A DNA stretch of 64,000 nt from an uncultured delta proteobacterium (GTDB taxonomy: Bacteria; Myxococcota; Kuafuiibacteriia; Kuafuiibacteriales; Kuafuiibacteriaceae), in contig CAWDML010000001.1 of NCBI GenBank assembly GCA_963803435.1, forward strand, positions 1,056,001-1,120,000, given 5' to 3'. Below are positions 50,756 through 59,870 of the stretch, piece after piece (position 1 is the first letter of the stretch; every line of letters begins with the position of its first letter). A program made the translations under genes and the position numbers. The notes under the pieces are model-generated. The model had not been told where the DNA came from, did no database searches, and was given only the letters and a program-made list of their open reading frames with translations.

Positions 50756-51744
50756 CGCGGTCGCGCGTAGAGCTCCATCGTGTCGGCGTGCGAGGTGTGC
50801 TCGACGGCTCGACCCAGGGCGTAGAGCGCGGCCTTGGCGGCCTTCTTGATCGGGACGCCGCCGAGCGCAGCGTCGACCGAGCCCGCCACGATCCAACGCG
50901 GGGTCTCGAACACGAGATCGATCACCTCGAACCCGCACCACTCGACCAGCCGGGACAGCGACTCGGGCGTGAAGTGCACCAGGTGCCTCGGCAGACCGAG
51001 ACCCCGCCAGCGGCTCCCGAAGAGCGAGGCGCCGGCGCCCCGGATGTTGGACACGCCAATCGCCAGCACACCCTCCGGCGAGAGCGTGCGGCGGGCCTCC
51101 TCGAGCAGGCGCCGCGGCTCGTAGACGAGCTGGAGCAGGCCCCACATGGAGATGGCGTCGAAGGGACCGCCGGGCAGGGGGTCCTCGTCCACATCGATTC
51201 GGGAGACGTCGAGACCGAGCCGCTCCCGCGCGTGCCAGACCACGTCGTGCTCCATGTCGACACCGGCGACGTCCCAGCCGCGCGATCGCATCGAGTCGCA
51301 GAAGAGGCCGTCGCCACAGCCCACGTCGAGGAGCCGGCCCGGCGCAGGGCTGGCGCTCGCGAGGCGTTCGGCGCGCCCGCGGAACGGCGCCCGCGCGGCC
51401 TCGAGGTCGACGGCTGCGCCCTCCTTGACCGCCCGTGCCCGGGTATAGAACGGATACTCGCCCTCGAACGCGATCCGCTTGTGCTGGCGCTTGAGGCGCG
51501 GCGAGGTGTAGCGCAGCGCGCAGATCGCACAGCGCACCACGGCAAACCGTTGCCCCTGATAGTCGCGGTGCACCCAGGTGTCGCGACCCTCGAGCACCAC
51601 GTCGCCGCGCGTGTTGCCGCAGGCAGGGCAGCTCGGGCGCTCGAAGATCGAGTCGGCCACCACCTCGGCGCCGACCGGGGCCGGCGGCTCCTTGGGCGCC
51701 CGCGCCCGGGCCACCAGCTCGATCGCGCGATCCAGAACCCTCAC
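50746..51744 (-). CDS. Class I SAM-dependent methyltransferase with Zn ribbon
   Basis: CPAC..CAIC; LLDVGCGDG; PRHLVHFT; GTGA overlap with radical SAM stop. Confidence 0.88.
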   Translation of the reverse strand: MRVLDRAIELVARARAPKEPPAPVGAEVVADSIFERPSCPACGNTRGDVVLEGRDTWVHRDYQGQRFAVVRCAICALRYTSPRLKRQHKRIAFEGEYPFYTRARAVKEGAAVDLEAARAPFRGRAERLASASPAPGRLLDVGCGDGLFCDSMRSRGWDVAGVDMEHDVVWHARERLGLDVSRIDVDEDPLPGGPFDAISMWGLLQLVYEPRRLLEEARRTLSPEGVLAIGVSNIRGAGASLFGSRWRGLGLPRHLVHFTPESLSRLVEWCGFEVIDLVFETPRWIVAGSVDAALGGVPIKKAAKAALYALGRAVEHTSHADTMELYARPRHS

Positions 51745-53297
51745 GAGAGAACCCGGAGCCCCGTGAGCTTCTCTTGCCGCAGGTCGTCGGCCTTCTTGCG
51801 GTGGCCCTCGCGATGGCGCGCCGATTTCTCCGGCGTCCGCTGCCCGCGCCAGCCGAAGAACCGCTCGTCGCGATAGCGCTCGATCCGCTCGGCGCCGTCG
51901 CCCATCGCGCGCATGCCGCCGAGGATCCCCCGGAGCATCTTCGACTTGAGGTACTTCTTGAGCGTGAACTCCAGGCCGAGATCGTACTCTGTGTGCATCA
52001 GCGACTCGACGATGCGGTAGTAGCCCCGCGAGTAAGGAGACTTCCAGATCACGCCGTCGGGATCGTGCTCGGACCACTTCTGATCCTCGAGCAGCATGTC
52101 CTTCACCAGCGAGAAGAACTCGGTCCCGGGCATGGGCATGGCCACGCTGGTGGAATAGTCGACCGGCTGGATCTCACGGATCAGCTCGATCGTCTTCTCG
52201 ATGTCGTCCCACTCCTCGCCCGGGTAGCCCATCAGGACGTAGCCCCCCATCGCGATGCCGAGCGTATGCATGGCGGCCGCGACCCGGCGCGCGTCCGCGA
52301 CCGTGGTGCCCTTCTTCATGCCGTCGAGAACGCGCTGGGAGCCGCTCTCGAAGCCGAAGTTGATCCGCTCGCAGCCGGCACGACGCATCAACGCCAGGAG
52401 ATCGTGATCGACGAGGTCGACGCGCGCGAGACACTCCCACCTCACGCGCACTCCGCGGGCCGCGATCTCCTCGCAGAACGCCTCCACCCACTCGCGCCGC
52501 ACCACGAAGGTGTCGTCGAAGAGCCAGAGGTGATCGATGCCGTAGCGCTCGGCGAGGTGCTGGATCTCGTCGACGGCCCGTGACGGACCGTACTGGCGGT
52601 AGCGACGCCCGAAGATGGGCCGCGCGCACCAAGCGCACGAGAACGGGCAGCCCCGCGAGGTCATGAACTGGATCGAGGCGTAGCCATGCACACGCCGCCA
52701 CTCGGCGACATAGCGGTCGAGATCGACGAGGTCGTAGGCGGGCGTGGGCAGGTCGTCCATGGTCTTCGACGCCGGCCGGTCCGACGCCCGCGCGAGGCGC
52801 GCCTCGCGATCGAGAAAGGACACGCCGGCGATCCCGCGGAGGGCCTCGTCGGCCGCAGGGATCGGCTCGGAGGTCTCCTTCGGACGGACGCGGTAGGCGT
52901 CGAGCAGCTCGAGGATGGCCACCTCGCCCTCGCCCCGGACCACGGCGTCGACCCCGCCCCCGAGGTACTCCTCGTCGTAGATCGAAGGATCGGGCCCTCC
53001 GGCGAACACGGTGACCCCGCGCTCCTTGAAGTGCCGGATCGTCTCGAGCGCGTCGTCGCGGAAGCTGTTCATCGCGAAGATGCCCGCGACCCGAGGGCGC
53101 GCCGCGCGCTCGAGATGCTCGAGGATGCGCTCGGTCGAATCGGCGAAGGTGCCGTCGTAGATCTCGACCGAGTAGCCGCGATCGCGGAGCACTGCGCCCA
53201 GATACATGAGGCCGAGCGGCGGATAGGGCCGGTACGACGCCCGTCGCGGTTCGTGGCGCGTCAGGACGTACGGGTTCACCAGCAGTACGTCGACCAT
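51741..53297 (-). CDS. B12-binding radical SAM protein
   Basis: PPLGLMYL, GGP, RGEGE; SRGCPFSCAWC; GFESGSQ; GYPGE. Confidence 0.92.
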   Translation of the reverse strand: MVDVLLVNPYVLTRHEPRRASYRPYPPLGLMYLGAVLRDRGYSVEIYDGTFADSTERILEHLERAARPRVAGIFAMNSFRDDALETIRHFKERGVTVFAGGPDPSIYDEEYLGGGVDAVVRGEGEVAILELLDAYRVRPKETSEPIPAADEALRGIAGVSFLDREARLARASDRPASKTMDDLPTPAYDLVDLDRYVAEWRRVHGYASIQFMTSRGCPFSCAWCARPIFGRRYRQYGPSRAVDEIQHLAERYGIDHLWLFDDTFVVRREWVEAFCEEIAARGVRVRWECLARVDLVDHDLLALMRRAGCERINFGFESGSQRVLDGMKKGTTVADARRVAAAMHTLGIAMGGYVLMGYPGEEWDDIEKTIELIREIQPVDYSTSVAMPMPGTEFFSLVKDMLLEDQKWSEHDPDGVIWKSPYSRGYYRIVESLMHTEYDLGLEFTLKKYLKSKMLRGILGGMRAMGDGAERIERYRDERFFGWRGQRTPEKSARHREGHRKKADDLRQEKLTGLRVLS

Positions 53298-53319
53298 GGC
53301 TTTCTGCTACCTTCAATGC

Positions 53320-54672
53320 GTGCCTCCCGTCGAGGGCAGCGGGCCGAAGACGCAGCTGGTCGGACGCGAGATCCACCTCGATCGACCGAAGCTGGTGGTC
53401 CTCACGGGGGCGCGCAAAGGTGAGGAGTTCCTCCTCAAGAACCCCGGCGCGCGCATCCTGATCGGGTCCGACCCCGGCTGCGAGCTGGTCCTTCCCGGGC
53501 TGGACGACCGGCACGCCGAGCTCGAGCTGGCCGCCGACGGATCGGGCGTTCGCGTCCTCGATCGATCGCGCGGCCGCACGCGGCTCAACGGCTCGCCGAT
53601 CAACGAGGCGGTCCTGGAACCGGGCGGGACCCTCGACCTCGACGGCACCGAGCTCCGCCTCCAGGACGGACAGGACACCATCACGATCCTGCCTTCCACG
53701 GCCGAGTGCTTTGGACCCGCCAAGGGCAGATCGCTCCAGATGCGCGAGGTCTTCGGCGTGCTCGAGGCGGTCGCCTCCACCAACGCCACCATTCTCCTGC
53801 TCGGCGAGACCGGCACCGGCAAAGACGTGGTCGCGCGCGCGATCCATCAGGCTTCGCCCCGCAAGCAGAGCAAGATGGTGACGCTCGACTGCGGCGCCAT
53901 CGCACCGACGCTGATCGAGTCGGAGCTCTTCGGCTACGAACGCGGCGCCTTCACCGGCGCCGAGGAGCAGCGCGCGGGCGCGTTCGAGCGGGCCACGGGC
54001 GGCACGCTCTTCCTCGACGAGATCGGCGAGCTCCCGGTCGACGTCCAGCCGAAGCTGCTGCGCGCCCTCGACGATCGCGAGATCCAGCGCGTGGGCGGAA
54101 GCCGGCCGCTCCCGATCGACGTGCGGATCCTGGCGGCCACCAAGCGTGATCTGGCGGAGGAGGTCCACCGCGGCCGTTTCCGCGAAGATCTCTACTTCCG
54201 GCTGGCCGTGGTCCCGCTGCTGCTGCCGCCCCTGCGCGATCGCCGCGAGGATGTTCCGCTGCTCATCGACCAGTTTCACCGTGCCTTCGAGGAGCGCACC
54301 GGACACCGGGCGCGCATCGATCCGAACGAGGTCCAGAGCCTCCTCGCCCACGACTGGCCCGGCAACGTCCGCGAGCTCAAGAACACCGTCGAGCGCGCGC
54401 TCTGGCTCGCGCAGACCGACGGCGGTGTCGCACGCTTCATGCTCCCGACGATGATCGGCACGGGAGCGTCGGCACCCGAGGCGACAGCACTCCCGCCGTT
54501 CGACGACGAGCGATCGTTCTCCGAGCACAAGACGGAGTGGGAGCAGGAGTTCGAGCGCAAGTATCTGGCCTGGCTCCTCGCACGCGCCGGCGGGAGCATC
54601 AGCAAGGCCTCACGACTGGCCAGCATGGATCGCAAGCACCTCCGGGGGCTGCTGCGGAAGCACGGGCTCTAG
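53320..54672 (+). CDS. FHA-like + sigma54-dependent enhancer-binding protein (Fis HTH)
   Basis: [43 protein letters not shown]. Confidence 0.92.
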   Translation: MPPVEGSGPKTQLVGREIHLDRPKLVVLTGARKGEEFLLKNPGARILIGSDPGCELVLPGLDDRHAELELAADGSGVRVLDRSRGRTRLNGSPINEAVLEPGGTLDLDGTELRLQDGQDTITILPSTAECFGPAKGRSLQMREVFGVLEAVASTNATILLLGETGTGKDVVARAIHQASPRKQSKMVTLDCGAIAPTLIESELFGYERGAFTGAEEQRAGAFERATGGTLFLDEIGELPVDVQPKLLRALDDREIQRVGGSRPLPIDVRILAATKRDLAEEVHRGRFREDLYFRLAVVPLLLPPLRDRREDVPLLIDQFHRAFEERTGHRARIDPNEVQSLLAHDWPGNVRELKNTVERALWLAQTDGGVARFMLPTMIGTGASAPEATALPPFDDERSFSEHKTEWEQEFERKYLAWLLARAGGSISKASRLASMDRKHLRGLLRKHGL

Positions 54673-54699
54673 GAGCGTGTAGCGCGTAGCGCTACCGCG

Positions 54700-54735
54700 A
54701 GCCCGGTCCGGGTCCCGGTCCCGGTCCCGGTCCCG
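54700..54735 (+). repeat. Subterminal hexamer array (CCGGTC-like), left end
   Basis: cccggtccgggtcccggtcccggtcccggtcccg; inverted relative to 56730-56785. Confidence 0.85.
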
Positions 54736-54773
54736 ATGGCGATCATGCAGCCCGGCGTGCGTTCATCGACTTG

Positions 54774-55508
54774 GAGCCGGTCCGAAAACCTCCGGACCGT
54801 TCCGCGTTTCCTGTTTCGCTCGTTCTGCTCATTCGCTATTCAAAGCGGCCGTTGTTGCATCGTGCTCGATCGCGCCCTGTGGAAACGCATTGAGCCGTTT
54901 ACTCCCGAAGCGAGGTCCAAGGCCGCGGGGAGGTCGCCCGCGGGTTGCGGATCGCGTCGTGATGGCAGGTATCGTCTATCGCCTTCGGACAGGGTGCCAG
55001 TGGAAGGCCCTGCCGCGCGAGTTCAGCTCCGGTTCGACGTGCCACAGTCGATTCGCGGCATGGTGCGCAGCAGGGATCTTCACCGGGATCTTCGCTGAGC
55101 TGCTGCGGTACTACGACAGGAGGCGCGGCATACAGTGGAAGTGGACTTCACTCGACAGCGCGATCGTCAAGGCTCCAAAAGGGGGGACCTGACCGGTCCG
55201 AACCCGACGGATCGAGCCAAGCGAGGCGTGAAGCGTCACGTGCTCACGGATGGTCGTGGTGTTCCGTTGGCGGTCGAGATCTCAGGCGCGAACGTGCACG
55301 ACAAGTGGCGGGTGGAGCAGACGCTCGACGGCGTCGTCCTACGGGGCTCCCGCGGTCCACGACGGCCGGAGCACCTCTGCCTAAGTACACGCTTCGCAAA
55401 CTTGAGCAGTCGTTCTGCGATGTCATCGCCCTTCATCGCCGGATCGAACAGCGAATGACAGAACGGCGAAACAGCAAACTGCGAACGGAACGGTTTCTGG
55501 ACCGGCTC
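54774..55508 (+). mobile_element. IS5-family element, internally deleted, with 3-bp TTG target duplication
   Basis: TIR gagccggtcc/ggaccggctc; TTG at 54771-73 and 55509-11; YRLRTGCQWKALP, AAAAGGGGGG slippage site 55177-86, TGPNPTDRAKRGVKRHVLTDGRGVP; truncated after EHLCL. Confidence 0.88.
55380..55436 (-). pseudogene. N-terminal fragment of a second four-helix-bundle gene inside the IS5
   Basis: MKGDDIAERLLKFAKRVL. Confidence 0.55.
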
Positions 55509-55967
55509 TTGATGAGGCGCGTGAGCATCTCGACAACGCGCTTGAGCTTGGCTCTGGCGGCTTGGATCTTCTGCTCGTTGGCGAGTCGGCGCCTCAAGCA
55601 GGTGTGGAGTGAGGCGGCGCTTTCGGTGCCAGAGCGAAGTGCCATCCGGTAGAAGCGAGCCTTCTCAGGTGGATTGAACTCTCCGGCGCCTCGGCGGTGT
55701 TGTTCACGATGGAATCGGATGCCCGCCGAAGCTGATCGCGGACGTGAGCGTGACCGGGTTGCAGTTCTTGTGCGATCTCTTCAGCGATGTCGGCATACTC
55801 GACGGCGAGCTGGTAGACCTCGAGCTTCTCGTGATCGAGAGTGACCATGCAAGCTAGCTTGCGGTAGCTCGTCCACTTTGACCAGCAGAAGTTCTTGGAG
55901 GTCGTTTCGTCTGGAATCGATCGTTGGGCGGATCGACTTCGACGCCTGGACTTGATCCCATGGTTTC

Positions 55968-56709
55968 GTGGCGAAGCAATACCGTTCTTGGACTCCGAGA
56001 CAATCGTTCTTGCTCCCGCCGTCCCCTCTCGAGTGGCTCCCAGAAAATCATCTCGCGTACTTCGTCTTGGACGTCGTCGATGAGGTAGAGCTGAGCGCGA
56101 TCGAGATCTCGATCCAGTCCAAGGACCCGCGAGGCGAGCGACCGTACTCGCCTCGAATGATGATCGCGCTGCTTCTGTACGCCTACTGCACCGGCATCTA
56201 TTCGTCGCGGAGGATCGCGCGGGCGACCTACGAAGACATTCCATTCCGGGTGCTGGCTGGAGAAAGTCATCCCCACTTCACGACGATCAACGAGTTTCGG
56301 CTCGTCCACCTGGAGGCACTGAAAGCGCTCTTCCTCGAAGTCCTGAAGCTTTGCCAAAAAGCAGGTTTGGTGCGGCTCGGACACGTCGCACTCGATGGCT
56401 CGAAGGTGCAGGCGAACGCGAGCAAGCACAAGGCGATGACCTACGAGCGGATGGCCGAGGAGGAGAAGCGGCTGTCTCGCTCGCAAGCGAATGCGAGACA
56501 AGTTGCAAACGCGCGACGGCAAGGCGGTCTACCCCCGCAGGAAGAGTATCGTCGAACCGGCGCTCGGACAGATCAAAGGGGCACGAGGATTCCGCCGGTT
56601 CTCGCTACGCTCCTTCTTCAAGGTACGAGCCGAGTGGACGCTCGTCTGCCTCACCCACAACCTGCTCAAGCTCTACCGATCGAAGCTCGCGACCGTCGCG
56701 AGCGTCTGA
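55968..56709 (+). pseudogene. IS1182-family transposase, central deletion
   Basis: LLPPSPLEWLPENHLAYF, YSSRRIAR, VALDGSKVQANASKHKAM joined to RRKSIVEPALGQIK..HNLLKL. Confidence 0.88.
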
Positions 56710-56729
56710 CTCAAGGCAGCCATCTTCAG

Positions 56730-56785
56730 ATCGGGACCCGGACCGGGATCGGGACCCGTACCGGGACCGGGACCCGGACCGGGGT
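56730..56785 (+). repeat. Subterminal hexamer array (GGGACC-like), right end
   Basis: atcgggacccggaccgggatcgggacccgtaccgggaccgggacccggaccgggg. Confidence 0.85.
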
Positions 56786-56899
56786 CGCGTGAGCGCTTAC
56801 GCGCTACACGCTCCTAGGAGACTTGCTCCGAGAGAAGCGTGACAAGATGGACGACTCTTGGTGCTTCGAGCGACCGCTGGGGCTCGCAGTTTTTCAGGT

Positions 56900-57093
56900 G
56901 CGAGCCGACGGCAAGATCAGGACCGAGTCCGACAGGTGGAGCCGATCGCCCGCGAGATCGACGAGATCAGCCGGATGCTCTACAGATTCCGCACGAAGGT
57001 CGAGCAGGGAGCGTTGAGCACTCCGCGTGGGCGTTTCGATCCAGGACACGTGCAACGCGGAATAGCAAACGGGAACGGGTTTAGGACCGGTTC
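56900..57093 (+). mobile_element. Remnant of a third element: four-helix-bundle C-terminal fragment plus IS5-like right end
   Basis: AREIDEISRMLYRFRTKVE; end gcaaacgggaacgggtttaggaccggttc followed by TTA resembles 55474-55508. Confidence 0.55.
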
Positions 57094-57467
57094 TTACCGG
57101 ACTGAGATCCGCTGATCAGCGCCGCTTCCAGCGCGGCCTGCAGCTCGTGGAGCGCGAACGGCTTGGCCAGGCGAGCGACGCTGGCGAGCGGGTTGGCGCG
57201 CAGGTTGAGCGCCGCCGAGATCACGATGACGGGCAGTTTGCGAAGCTTCCGGATCTGATCCACCGTTTCGCTACCGCCCATCCCCGGCATGTTCAGATCG
57301 ACGATCGCCACGTCGAAGGGCTGCGCGCCCACCAGCGCCAGCCCCTCCGACCCGGTGGCGGCGACCTCCGAGATGCAACCCAGCTTGTTCAGCTGGCGAG
57401 ACAGGGCCGACCGCACCAGCGGGTCGTCGTCGATGACCAGAATCCTGGCGCCGTCGAGGAGGCCCAT
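57081..57467 (-). CDS. Stand-alone response regulator receiver
   Basis: ILVIDDD, IVDLNMPGMGG, VISA, LAKPF. Confidence 0.88.
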   Translation of the reverse strand: MGLLDGARILVIDDDPLVRSALSRQLNKLGCISEVAATGSEGLALVGAQPFDVAIVDLNMPGMGGSETVDQIRKLRKLPVIVISAALNLRANPLASVARLAKPFALHELQAALEAALISGSQSGKNRS

Positions 57468-57500
57468 CGTCCCCTCCCTGCATATCACAGCCCTCCGCGC

Positions 57501-59870
57501 TCAGGGGAGGCCTTCGAAGGGGTCGGGGATGGGGAGCTGGCCGGTACCCACGCGCGTCTGGTTGTCGAGGAAGAGCACCTCGCTGGTAAAGACCACCTCG
57601 AGATCGACCGGCTCGCGCGCTCTACCTTCGATCAACGTGCTCCCCGACTGCGCGTGCACGCCCACCCCGTTACGCATGATCAGCGTGCGATCGACGAGCG
57701 CACGGCTGGCGTCAAAGAAGGCGCCGACCGTGTCATTCGCGACCAACGACGACGACGCGACGGTGACAGTCGCCGACTCGGCGATCAGCCCGTGGCCGAA
57801 GCCGCCGTCCGAGAGCGCGCGGGTGCCCGCGATCAAGACCCCGTCGAGCCGGGTGCGACCGCCCCCGATGATGACGCCAACGCCCGCATTGCCGACCAGA
57901 GCGGTCCCCGCCAGCACGGTCGGGCCGCCTGCCACGATCCCGGCAGGCGTCACCGTATCCAGGGGCTGGGTATCGAGGACTGCGCTGCGGTCGATCGCGA
58001 GGGGCCCGTCGGCTGAGACGACGCCGAGACCCTCGACGCCCTGCACCCTGACCCGATCGAGGTCGAGGCGAGATCGCCCGCTGGCCGCGATCCCGATCCC
58101 GACCTGCGGCCCCGAACGGATGGGACCGATCAGCGCCTCCGCGATCGTGGCAGAGCTGGCGTCCCGAAGCAGCACGCCCTGCCCCTCGTAGTCGACGATC
58201 GCCGAGCGCTCCACGGTCGCCGAGCTGCCCTCGTGCAGATCGATCCCGCTGGCGTTCCGCCGGCCCGGGACCGGGAACCCCTGGATCAGCGTGTCCTCGA
58301 TCCGCGCCGACCCTCCGCGCTCGATCGACACGCCCGCGACCTCGTGGCCGGTCAGCAGGCTGGCCGACATGGTCAGCGCCCCGCCCTGCACGAAGACGCC
58401 GATGCTCCCCGGCCCCCCGGTGAGCCCCGAGTCGATGACCGTGACCTCGGCGTCCACGGCCACCACCCCGAGGACGACGTCCTCGATGCGCGCCCGTGTG
58501 AGCGAGATGAGCGCGGACTCGGCCGCGAACGCACCTCCGGAGAAGCCGGTGGAGTCGGGGCGCGTCGCCGCGATACGCGCGCCGGTCAGCTCTGCGTAAG
58601 TGCCCGCGCCATCGGCGAGGAGCGCGGCGCCGGTGGCGCGCACAATCGCGATCCCCACGGCCGTCAGCTCCGCGCCCGACTCGACCCGCACGCCCGCGTT
58701 GCCGGGCCCTGCGCCGATGTCGTGCACCGTGACGCCTTCGGCCATGACGGCGCTCCCTGCGCCAGAGACCAGGATGCCCTCGCCGATCGCGTCCGACAGG
58801 CTCGCGTCCGAGACGCGCGCGTCGCCTCCGGCGATCGCCACCAGGGCGAGGCCGCCGTTGCCGGCCCCCGAGGGCCTCACCCCGCGGATCACGCTCTGTT
58901 CGATGCGCAGGCGGGATCCGGCGCCGACCGCGATCGCTCCGACCTCCCGCACGTCGTCCACCTCGACCTCCACCAGGGCGAGCTGCGCCCCCTCCTCGAC
59001 GCTGGCGCCCCGACCGCGGCTCCCGTCCGCAGCGGATCGCACGCCCCGGATCACCGAGCGCTCCACCCGAACGTCGGCCGCGCCTCCGAGCGCCGTGACT
59101 CCGCCCAGGCTGGCGCCCTCGATCACGACCTCTCGAAGCGCGAGCGAGCCGCTCGCGACCACGCCGCCGGCCCCTCCCCGCAGCGTCACGCCGGTGATCG
59201 TTCCGGGCGCCGATGCGCGGACCACCGGCACCGTGGCGGTCTCGACGATCACCTGCTCGGCGCAGCGGCCGATCAGCGTCACCGGCCGATCGATCGCGAT
59301 GGGCTCGTGATACGTGCCGGCGTCGAGCGCGATGACCGCGCCGGACGCGGCCATCGCGAGCGCCTCCGCGAGGGTCGCCGGGCCCACGACGACGCTCGCG
59401 TCGGGCGGAGGAAACGGCGCGGCGCAGTCGCCGATGGGCGCGCAGCCCGGCTCGCCGAGGGCGGCTCGTGCGGCTCCGGTACACGCGGGCGCGACGACCT
59501 CGGCGCAGGCCCCGTCGTCGAGCGCGAACCCTAGCGGACAATCGAAAAAGCCGATCGGCAGGCATTCGGTCGACCCGAGCAGCGAGATCGTTCCAGCCGC
59601 GCACTCGGCCGCAAGCTCCGGGCGGCAGCCCCACTCCGAGCCGTCGCCGGTGAACGGCGGGGTGCAGGGGCCCGGGCCGACGGCGACGCAGGCAGCCTCG
59701 CCCAGCGCCGGCCGCCCGTGCGCGGGACAGGGCTGCTCGGGGACGATCCACGCGCACCGGCCCTCGTGCTCCGTCATGCCCTCGGGACACACGATCGGCG
59801 GCGGATCGATGACCGGCGGAGGCTCTCCTCCGCAGCCCGCGAGGATCACCAGGAAGAGGCGCCGTCTCAT
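57501..59870 (-). CDS. Lipoprotein with Cys-rich region and right-handed parallel beta-helix
   Basis: Lipobox LAGC; LDAGTY..TLIGRCAEQV; Gly/Val-rich beta-helix repeats. Confidence 0.8.
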   Translation of the reverse strand: MRRRLFLVILAGCGGEPPPVIDPPPIVCPEGMTEHEGRCAWIVPEQPCPAHGRPALGEAACVAVGPGPCTPPFTGDGSEWGCRPELAAECAAGTISLLGSTECLPIGFFDCPLGFALDDGACAEVVAPACTGAARAALGEPGCAPIGDCAAPFPPPDASVVVGPATLAEALAMAASGAVIALDAGTYHEPIAIDRPVTLIGRCAEQVIVETATVPVVRASAPGTITGVTLRGGAGGVVASGSLALREVVIEGASLGGVTALGGAADVRVERSVIRGVRSAADGSRGRGASVEEGAQLALVEVEVDDVREVGAIAVGAGSRLRIEQSVIRGVRPSGAGNGGLALVAIAGGDARVSDASLSDAIGEGILVSGAGSAVMAEGVTVHDIGAGPGNAGVRVESGAELTAVGIAIVRATGAALLADGAGTYAELTGARIAATRPDSTGFSGGAFAAESALISLTRARIEDVVLGVVAVDAEVTVIDSGLTGGPGSIGVFVQGGALTMSASLLTGHEVAGVSIERGGSARIEDTLIQGFPVPGRRNASGIDLHEGSSATVERSAIVDYEGQGVLLRDASSATIAEALIGPIRSGPQVGIGIAASGRSRLDLDRVRVQGVEGLGVVSADGPLAIDRSAVLDTQPLDTVTPAGIVAGGPTVLAGTALVGNAGVGVIIGGGRTRLDGVLIAGTRALSDGGFGHGLIAESATVTVASSSLVANDTVGAFFDASRALVDRTLIMRNGVGVHAQSGSTLIEGRAREPVDLEVVFTSEVLFLDNQTRVGTGQLPIPDPFEGLP

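Larger units (their letters stand above)
54743..55848 (-). pseudogene. Four-helix-bundle protein (23S rRNA IVS/bAvd-like), interrupted by IS5 and frameshifted near 55690
   Basis: LDHEKLEVYQLA, DQLRRASDSIVNNTAE, KARFYRMALRSGTE; removing the IS5 restores TRLIK-SMNARRAA*. Confidence 0.85.
54673..56813 (+). mobile_element. IS1182-family element with passenger gene, flanked by CTAG
   Basis: Perfect 16-bp TIR gagcgtgtagcgcgta/tacgcgctacacgctc; CTAG at 54669-72 and 56814-17; transposase inside. Confidence 0.85.

Noticed and set aside
55433-55848. Avd-like gene as evidence of a diversity-generating retroelement or rRNA IVS
   Set aside because: No reverse transcriptase, no TR/VR pair and no rRNA seen in the window
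54700-56790. Hexamer arrays as a CRISPR array
   Set aside because: No unique spacers and no cas genes; they are IS subterminal repeats
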